NCBI GenBank assembly: GCA_903832665.1
Contig: CAILCG010000010.1
Location: 9,061-73,060, forward strand
DNA: 64,000 bases
Direction of reading: 5' to 3'
DNA from: an uncultured Methanomicrobiales archaeon
Lineage (GTDB): Archaea; Halobacteriota; Methanomicrobia; Methanomicrobiales; Methanospirillaceae
Made by a program: the position numbers and the translations under genes. Below the pieces are notes generated by a model. It saw only the letters and a list, made by a program, of their open reading frames with translations, was not told the DNA's origin and did no database searches. This document shows, piece after piece, positions 57,521 through 64,000 of the stretch; position 1 is the stretch's first letter, and each line of letters starts with the position of its first letter.

Positions 57521-57733
57521 ATGCGAAAGCAGGGGGAGCCCCCGGTAAAGGATCCCCACAGCTTCGCCCAGTACATGTGCGATCTCTGCTCTACCCCTCA
57601 CCCGGTATCAGGGCTCCGCCAGTGTGTTCTCTGCGGGCGCTGGGCATGCAATACCTGCTGGAAGGATGAGTACTATACCTGCAAGTCCTGTGCGGGGATC
57701 ATCACCATTCACACGTTGAAGGGCAACGAGTGA
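57521..57733 (+). CDS. small 8-Cys zinc-finger protein
   Basis: 70 aa from MRKQGEPP. The Cys pattern is CDLC-x13-CVLCGRWACNTC-x7-CKSC, four CxxC pairs. The track ORF starting at 57425 overlaps the previous gene. Confidence 0.45.
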   Translation: MRKQGEPPVKDPHSFAQYMCDLCSTPHPVSGLRQCVLCGRWACNTCWKDEYYTCKSCAGIITIHTLKGNE

Positions 57734-57933
57734 AGCCTGAATTTTCCTGCTCCCATTTTTGACAGGGGCTGCGTAAAATCCCCCTGATCTTTTTTTCACT
57801 CAATCGAGAAGGCCGTAAAGTCAGTCGCGATCATTTCCCATCAATGATCCCAAGACAATGGTGTAAAGGTCCGGCCGGGATTACCGCAGCCGGCGAAATG
57901 TAGGGCACAGACTTATTCTGCTCATATCATACC

Positions 57934-59127
57934 GTGTCTCAGCAGGACTCTGACCCGGGAAAACTAAAAGTTTCACTAGGTTTAATGCTCTTGATACCAA
58001 GAGTTGTAAAATCCCCTACGGTGATACCATTGGCTGTTGGCACAACTCATACAGAAATCCAGACCGGTGTTTCCCTCAGGCAGATTATCCGGGACGAATT
58101 ATCGGCAGTTCAGCACAACCGGGCTGAACTCATGAGAGCAGATGGGCACCCGGGAATCAAGGGACTGGTTCTTCTCGTATGTTTCCTGGCAAATATTATT
58201 CTGGCACTGGTCCGTCCTGATTATTTCGGACTGTTCATTGCCGCCAGCTTCTATCTCAACATGTATTATTTCATCACCCTCATGATTCCGACAAATTTCC
58301 AGAAAGGTGGTCTCCCGGCAGCAGACCTTTCGCGGTTCCACTCGTGGCTCAAAGAGATCGGGGTAACCTCCGGCACAACCCAGTTCACCCGGTTGTTTAT
58401 CAATTCCCTCTTCATGAACAGCCGGGCCCTGTCACTCGGCATCGGGTTGATCTTCTCGATCGATATCGTGTTTGTTCTCATTCATTTCAACCGGGGACTT
58501 CCCCTCAGGACCACGCTCATCGTGATTGCCCAGTGCTCCATCATCGTCATATTTTACCTGCTGGTCTGGAAAGTCGAGCCGTTTTCTACCACCTATGTAA
58601 AAAAAGTGGAGAAGATGAAGAGCACCCTTCACCGGCAGAAACTGCCGCCCCAGCTGGTGACGGGAATGTTCATCTTCGGGTTTTTACTGGCGATATTCCT
58701 CTTCCTGACTACCATTATCTACCTGCCGGGAGTGACCCTGAACGCATTTCTAAACCAGTCGCAGCTGACCGAGCTCGGTCACCTCTTCAGCCTTCTTGCC
58801 ATCCTGGCAGTCAGCCAGTATTTTATCATCCGGTACATCCACGGCTTTACCAGCAGGACAATGGCAAACCGGCTCTTCGACTTCAAGGTGCAATCCCTGC
58901 AGGAACTGCTTGATGCTGAGGACGAAACCCTGGCCGGAAGTCAGGATCCTGGCAAAAATCCGCTCGAGACGAGTGCACTCCTGCTGGAATCCAAGATCTT
59001 CATCATAAAGCGCAATTCTCTTGCCGGGACATTTCCGGTCTTTGTTGTCGACCTTGACTTTTCAGTGATGATGGACAGCACGACCCTGACTACCATCAAG
59101 GGTTATATTGTCGAGAAAAAACAGTGA
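57934..59127 (+). CDS. hypothetical polytopic membrane protein
   Basis: 397 aa from a GTG start, with about 7 hydrophobic helices and a soluble C-terminal ~90 aa. No family recognised. Confidence 0.45.
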   Translation: MSQQDSDPGKLKVSLGLMLLIPRVVKSPTVIPLAVGTTHTEIQTGVSLRQIIRDELSAVQHNRAELMRADGHPGIKGLVLLVCFLANIILALVRPDYFGLFIAASFYLNMYYFITLMIPTNFQKGGLPAADLSRFHSWLKEIGVTSGTTQFTRLFINSLFMNSRALSLGIGLIFSIDIVFVLIHFNRGLPLRTTLIVIAQCSIIVIFYLLVWKVEPFSTTYVKKVEKMKSTLHRQKLPPQLVTGMFIFGFLLAIFLFLTTIIYLPGVTLNAFLNQSQLTELGHLFSLLAILAVSQYFIIRYIHGFTSRTMANRLFDFKVQSLQELLDAEDETLAGSQDPGKNPLETSALLLESKIFIIKRNSLAGTFPVFVVDLDFSVMMDSTTLTTIKGYIVEKKQ

Positions 59128-59190
59128 GAGATCGCGGCTCAATTTTTTAAAACTCTGAAAAATCCATACCCTTTAATAATCAAAAACAAA

Positions 59191-59634
59191 ATGAACCGCA
59201 TGGAAAACTGTAGTATTTGCGGGATATCAAAAGCCCAGGTTGCAGGAATGATCGGAGCGGTCCTGCTCATCATCGGATGCTTTGTGCCGTTATTTTCCGT
59301 GTCGGTGCTGGGAAAATCCCTGTCGATCACGTTCATGACCCCCGGGTTCGACATTTACGGTGGGGCGTTGATCCTCTCGGCCCTCGTGATCATCGGCCTC
59401 CTCTGGTTAAAGAAGGTCCAGGAAGCCCAGGGTGCCGGCATCGTGGTCTTCATCACGATCCTGGTATTTTTCATGGATGCAATGACCGGGTATAGCGGGA
59501 TAAAGAATATGGGAATTATTGCATCGTTTGCCGCAGGATTTTTCAGTTTCGGATATGCCTGGCTCGTACTCTTTGCCGGTGCAATCCTGGTAATTGCCGC
59601 GCAGTATGTTGACCGGTTATTCCTGGTCAAGTAA
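59191..59634 (+). CDS. hypothetical 4-TM membrane protein
   Basis: 147 aa with an N-terminal CSICG motif followed by four hydrophobic helices. Confidence 0.45.
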   Translation: MNRMENCSICGISKAQVAGMIGAVLLIIGCFVPLFSVSVLGKSLSITFMTPGFDIYGGALILSALVIIGLLWLKKVQEAQGAGIVVFITILVFFMDAMTGYSGIKNMGIIASFAAGFFSFGYAWLVLFAGAILVIAAQYVDRLFLVK

Positions 59635-59744
59635 TTTTTTTTCAGAAATTTAAAAAAAAATAATCATAATCCGGTGTATCCATATTCCCATTTTTCCGGA
59701 AGGGGCACGACAGTACTACCCTTGCTATGAGGGGGGTCTGGATC

Positions 59745-59996
59745 CTGAGGTCAAATAAGCCCAGTGCGGGCTCCGTTTCCGGGAATTGGATCCGGGAAAG
59801 GCCGTAAAACAGCCGGATCCAGACATCTTCGGAAATTCCCTCAATTATCACTTTGATTACCCAAATACGAGCGGAAACACCCTCTCCGGATGCCCGCCAA
59901 AGGTCAGTAAACCCAGGCAATTTTCGCCACCTGCTTTGCTCCATCCGGGCACCCGAAACCCAACCGGAATGAGAATACGAGGATCTTTTTTCCGGG
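59745..59996 (+). repeat. ~250-nt non-coding direct repeat, copy R1
   Basis: Aligns with 60578-60832 at a constant offset of 833-835 nt. The core CGGAAACACCCTCTCCGGATGCCCGCCAAAGG (59872-59903) is 32/32 identical to 60706-60737. Confidence 0.75.
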
Positions 59997-60047
59997 GATA
60001 CAAAAAAAATGGAGGGTGAACTGGAATACAGGGTTTTGATAAAAGAG

Positions 60048-60431
60048 TCAGTCGAGATAGTTCCGTAATTTCTTAACAAGAGCAAGCTGATTCTTTGCTT
60101 CGAGTTTTTTCTCTTCTTCAATGGAGTTCATGATTGCATTGATGGGTTTTGCCAGCTCGTAGATCTTTACCGGCCGACCTTTGTTCTCGGGGGGAATCTC
60201 ACTGCTTTTAATCCAGCCCTGGTCTGTCAGGTACTTTGTTGCAATGCTGATTTCGGGCTGCCGCATGTCGGTCCCGTGTTCGATTGCCCTGGAGCTTGCT
60301 TTCGGTGTGCCCGCAAGGAACACCAGCACCTTTGCAATGGTCTTCTTTGTTCCAATCTCCACCAGCAGACTGGTGAACTCTTCTTCTTTTTCGGTAAAAT
60401 ATTCAACATTCTCCTCTCTCAAGTGAACCAC
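60048..60431 (-). CDS. ArsR/TrmB-like winged-helix transcriptional regulator
   Basis: 127 aa with IAKVLVFLAGTPKASSRAIEHGTDMRQPEISIATKYLTDQGWI...KGRPVKIYEL. Confidence 0.6.
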   Translation of the reverse strand: MVHLREENVEYFTEKEEEFTSLLVEIGTKKTIAKVLVFLAGTPKASSRAIEHGTDMRQPEISIATKYLTDQGWIKSSEIPPENKGRPVKIYELAKPINAIMNSIEEEKKLEAKNQLALVKKLRNYLD

Positions 60432-60577
60432 CCCAATTATTCCGGATTGTTATAATGTCGTCTCTATTCTCTCGTTAAATGCATTCTGATCTGCTTTTTT
60501 GAAAATTGATACAACGAATCTCAACCGATTTTACCACAGAATCGATCGCGGACGGGGCGGGCAGGGTATGCACCAGA

Positions 60578-60832
60578 GTTAAACCCGAATAAGCCCTCTG
60601 CGGGCTCCTTTAACCAAAACCGGTTCCGGGAAACCCCGTAAAATCGCCGGATTCTGACACCCTCGAAAATACCCTCAAATATTGCCCTGATTGCCCAAAA
60701 ACGAACGGAAACACCCTCTCCGGATGCCCGCCAAAGGGCACTAAATCGTGGCTTTTTTCGCCATCTGGTTTAGCCCATCATGGTCGTCCGGATTCAAACA
60801 GAATATGCATGGGAAGGACATTTTTTCCGGCC
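60578..60832 (+). repeat. ~250-nt non-coding direct repeat, copy R2
   Basis: See R1. Both copies share the AATAAGCCC-NNNG-CGGGCTCC hairpin, the 32-nt core and the TTTTTTCCGG end. Confidence 0.75.
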
Positions 60833-60878
60833 ATGATGGAAAAAAACGGACAACCCCAAATGGGATGAACGAACAGGA

Positions 60879-62138
60879 TCAGGGTATCCCATTCTCTCCG
60901 GTTTCATCCACAATCGGGATCAGGTATTTTCTGAAGAACTGCATTGTCTTTTTTGTTCCCGCCTGTGCCCTCCTGCTCTCCTGGTAGCCCATGGTGATCG
61001 TCATCTGTCCCCGGAATGTGCTGGTCACAATGCAAGTCGTGGGCATGTAACCTCCCGGGTAGCAGATGTACGCATCGGTGAGCCCGTCAACTTCGGGAAG
61101 ATTGACGGGGCCCGGGTTTGTGATGAAGATATCGGCGAGACCGGTTTTCTGGAGCGCAACCATCTGCTCTGCCATACGGTGTATATTCCTGCCCTCCGGG
61201 TCACAATTCCGGTCCATCTCCACCTGGTCCCGGATGCCGATGCCCTCTGCCTTGAGACGTTTTGTCTCGCGAATGACGCGGGGCAGGATCTCGTTCATTC
61301 CCTCTCCGGCTTTCCTCTCCAGGATGAAACTGACATTCGTGGCCTGGTTGCTCATCACCCGGGACCCATCCTTCAGGTGCTGGCGCATGTTGACGGGAAA
61401 GAAGAGATCCATTGGTCCCATGTGACCGGTAAGATCACTGAGGGAGAGGAAGTACCCCGCCATCAGTACATCATTGATGCTGCCCCCGGCCGATCGGGCG
61501 TACGCCCGGATTTTCTCCAGCACCGGAGGGCTGACAGATAACTTATGAAACGATGAGGGTTGCCGGGACGTGCCGAAAGGATCGGGCCACATGGGGTTGA
61601 TCACCCGCATCCCTGGGGGTACCGGTTGTTCTTTGCGGTCCAGCCCCCTGGTCCAGAGCGTATCCCGTTCCGGGATTCCCCCTTTCGCGGGACTCACGCT
61701 GCCGGGCTCCCGGTATTCCTGCAGCAACTGCGAGGACAGGGTGATGAGGCCGGAAGCATCAGCGGCAGCGTGGGCGAGGTTGATGACGATCACATCTCCT
61801 GAGGGTCTCCGCAAAAGGCGTACGCAGAACTGCACTGGTCCGTACGGGTCAACAGGCCCGATGACGTGGGGATGATACCGTTCCGGGCAGATCTCCACGT
61901 GCAGAGGAAGGACCGAAACGGGCTCCACCAGTTCCCAGACCGCCGGTCCATTCCCCCGGACCAGCCGGCTGTGGAGAATGGGATGAGCCCGCAGACACGC
62001 GAGTGCTGCCCTTTCGAGTGCACCCGCATCGAGTCGCCGGTCAAACTCCATCACCGCGCAGAGTGTGGCATCGCCCATGAGCCGGACGGAATCGGTAAAC
62101 AGGTCGAGGGCTGAAGCCTCCCGGGTGCGCATGCTCAA
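60879..62138 (-). CDS. HxxxD-motif acyltransferase (condensation-domain / WS-DGAT / PapA5-like superfamily)
   Basis: 419 aa with VIVINLAHAAADASGL (HxxxD catalytic motif). The length is typical of two-lobed CAT-fold acyltransferases. Substrate unknown. Confidence 0.5.
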   Translation of the reverse strand: MSMRTREASALDLFTDSVRLMGDATLCAVMEFDRRLDAGALERAALACLRAHPILHSRLVRGNGPAVWELVEPVSVLPLHVEICPERYHPHVIGPVDPYGPVQFCVRLLRRPSGDVIVINLAHAAADASGLITLSSQLLQEYREPGSVSPAKGGIPERDTLWTRGLDRKEQPVPPGMRVINPMWPDPFGTSRQPSSFHKLSVSPPVLEKIRAYARSAGGSINDVLMAGYFLSLSDLTGHMGPMDLFFPVNMRQHLKDGSRVMSNQATNVSFILERKAGEGMNEILPRVIRETKRLKAEGIGIRDQVEMDRNCDPEGRNIHRMAEQMVALQKTGLADIFITNPGPVNLPEVDGLTDAYICYPGGYMPTTCIVTSTFRGQMTITMGYQESRRAQAGTKKTMQFFRKYLIPIVDETGENGIP

Positions 62139-62349
62139 ATCATGAGAGTCAGGATTATTAAATCTGTACCTTTTCAGGCAGTCAGTTGACGCTCAAAAGA
62201 GCGTGAGGAATAATCCGCCATTGAGGGGGCGCCTCTTATGAATTTCCGGAACTAAAGAGCCTTCTGAAACGAACCGTGGCACCACGAAAAAATTCCTCTT
62301 GGAGAAATTATCATTTTCCCATGAGGTACCAGTCTTTTTCGGAATATCG

Positions 62350-62413
62350 GATGGTGACCCCCTCTCTCCCCCAAAGGGGAGGCATCCCAAGGGGTGCACC
62401 CCCTTGACCCCAT
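62350..62413 (+). repeat. dispersed ~65-nt two-hairpin intergenic element, copy 2
   Basis: GATGGTGACCCCCTCTCTCCCCCAAAGGGGAGGCATCCCAAGGGGTGCACCCCCTTGACCCCAT. Hairpins are CTCCCC-CAAA-GGGGAG and CAAGGGG-TGCAC-CCCCTTG. It is inverted relative to the copy at 29388-29456. Confidence 0.65.
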
Positions 62414-62595
62414 TTCGGAAGATCTCGTTGACCATCTGATGCAATCGCTCTATGGGGGATGCCCGGGTGGCGGGGCGGAAGCACAAAGTGAGCCCGCAAA
62501 AGCGACACCTCAACTCTCCGCAAGAAATACCTCTGAAAATTGGCAGCGCAGGAAAAATTGAATGGTGACTGCGAAAAAAGAAGACGTTCCGGTTT

Positions 62596-63138
62596 TCAGA
62601 ACGCAATAACCGTTTCCCCCTTCTTCATGAGGAGGCCCGCAATGATGCTGATGAGGCCAAAGAAGAGGCAGTAGATACCCAGCAGAAGGATCAGGACGAG
62701 CGAACCCTCTTTCGGGAGCGGGGCAAATCCGATAAGAAAACCGAACAATATCGCAAAGAACCCGCTGATCCCCAGCAGGACCCGGAAGGGCAGATCCTTT
62801 AACGAGTAGGCAATCGCCAGTTCTGCAATACCGGTGATGATGGCCCAGGCCGCGATCAGGAGGGTTACGGCAACGAACATCGCAAACGGCGAGATGAACG
62901 TGAGGAGCGCAATGATCACACCGATGAGTGAGAGGATGAGCACGCCCCAGTGCACCTTACCGTCTTCGCTCAGCGAAATGGTGCCGGTGACCAGCGAGAT
63001 GATCAGGAGGAAGATCCCGATGATATAGGCAAACACGGCCTGCATACCTACCGGGAGGGTAAAGCACAGTATACCGATGATCACCGCAAAAATACCGCGG
63101 GCCAGGAGTCCGCCTTTTGTGAGAATTTCAGGTTCCAT
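62596..63138 (-). CDS. HdeD/DUF308-family membrane protein
   Basis: 180 aa with 6 TM helices and repeated GI..I..G...L motifs. Confidence 0.6.
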   Translation of the reverse strand: MEPEILTKGGLLARGIFAVIIGILCFTLPVGMQAVFAYIIGIFLLIISLVTGTISLSEDGKVHWGVLILSLIGVIIALLTFISPFAMFVAVTLLIAAWAIITGIAELAIAYSLKDLPFRVLLGISGFFAILFGFLIGFAPLPKEGSLVLILLLGIYCLFFGLISIIAGLLMKKGETVIAF

Positions 63139-63236
63139 GGATAATCATCTTCGATTAACGATGGCCCGGGATATAATTATTTCCTGTTAAGTCCCAAGAG
63201 AACGAACACCTGATTCTGCGTGATTAAAAAAATAAT

Positions 63237-63791
63237 TTAACTCGCCCTGACACGGATCTCCATTTCAGCAACCTTCCTGTACACTTCAGCAGTCTTCGAA
63301 AGGGTCCACCGGTCAAAGACCAGCGATTGGAACGGCTGCCAGATCGTTACCCAGCAGAAGATCACCAGCACATTCTCCACCACTTCAGACAGGGGGTTTC
63401 CCTTGAACTGGGAACAGATCGCGATCCCAATAAATGAGGGGATGCAGACCGCTACCGTCAGCCTGAACTCCCGGAGCCCCACCATCTGCATGATTTTCGT
63501 GTCCCGCTGCACTTCAACGGCACGATGCCGGAAATGAGATCGGATCGCTGAAACGATCGCGGTCTGCCGGCTAGGAGTAAGGTCGGAGGCCGGAAGCCGG
63601 ATCTCCAGTGGGTTATCGATCCCTGCACGAGCTCCTTTCAGGGCAACGAGCACCTGGTGGAAGATCTCGTTCTCGGCCCGGTCCGATAACTCACGGCTCT
63701 CCTCGGATGTTGGATCATCCGGGTCATAGAAATGAGCGATTGTCCGGAACGTCACCGATGCGTAATTGCTGTTCTGCTGGTCACTCTGCAT
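63237..63791 (-). CDS. hypothetical protein with C-terminal TM helices
   Basis: 184 aa. Soluble N-terminal half, then LTVAVCIPSFIGIAICSQF and VLVIFCWVTIWQPF. Confidence 0.4.
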   Translation of the reverse strand: MQSDQQNSNYASVTFRTIAHFYDPDDPTSEESRELSDRAENEIFHQVLVALKGARAGIDNPLEIRLPASDLTPSRQTAIVSAIRSHFRHRAVEVQRDTKIMQMVGLREFRLTVAVCIPSFIGIAICSQFKGNPLSEVVENVLVIFCWVTIWQPFQSLVFDRWTLSKTAEVYRKVAEMEIRVRAS

Positions 63792-64000
63792 TTTTTCCTC
63801 CCAATCCTGTTCCGTCCCTTCTGGCCGATCCGGGCTGTGGTACCTGTATGAACGATCGTCATTGCCCTTTTGATTTATAAATACCGTTCTGCCGAGCCCA
63901 GAAAATCCACCTTAAACCGGGAATGGTGAATAATATACCGGGGCATTTCGGCGACGCACAATCAGAATCATTAAAACCTGCACACCCCTAATCATCCATT

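Noticed and set aside
59786-60019. Possible protein coding of the R1/R2 repeats. The track ORFs are 59786-60019, 60748-60987 and 59642-60121.
   Set aside because: Differences between R1 and R2 fall equally on codon positions 1, 2 and 3. One-nucleotide indels shift the frame between copies. R2 has in-frame stops, and only alternative start codons are available.

Overview
This 64-kb chromosomal segment comes from a euryarchaeon, most likely a methanogen of the Methanomicrobia. That taxonomy is inferred from gene content only: archaeal SRP RNA, aEF-1beta with its zinc-finger neighbour, an RPA pair, a thiolase/HMG-CoA synthase/DUF35 operon plus HMG-CoA reductase, an RbkR-type riboflavin kinase, an MfnE-like kinase, CbiZ, deoxyhypusine synthase and indolepyruvate:ferredoxin oxidoreductase. 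No database search was possible. About 75 protein genes, 3 tRNAs and 1 SRP RNA are supported, and most of the window is housekeeping. Four blocks look accessory. (i) 13.6-20.9 kb is an AT-richer cassette of five type-IV-pilin-like genes plus a lipoprotein and a ~1,100-codon Ig-repeat/vWA surface protein, with no pilus ATPase or platform gene nearby. (ii) 38.5-44.0 kb holds two COG1361-type surface proteins, an RND/MMPL exporter and a receiver domain lacking its phospho-acceptor Asp. (iii) 55.6-59.6 kb is a co-directional cluster of uncharacterised genes; I consider it the best candidate for an undescribed system. It comprises a Cdc48-N-like protein, four small coiled-coil proteins (three clear paralogs), an 8-Cys zinc finger and two membrane proteins. 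(iv) 59.7-62.6 kb has two ~250-nt direct repeats bracketing a small wHTH gene next to an HxxxD acyltransferase. Other notable items are a stand-alone NrdD-like glycyl-radical domain translationally coupled to cbiZ, and an apparently permuted or split ABC binding protein. There is also a decayed duplicate of a gene 3' end flanking a purine permease, plus several intergenic repeat families. I saw no CRISPR array, transposase or integrase. Four reading-frame breaks sit on or next to homopolymer runs (13681-13691, 15879-15884, 21678-21683, 36546-36585). That pattern looks more like indel sequencing error than true decay, so pseudogene calls are provisional. RNA ends are +/-5 nt, and start codons were chosen by eye.
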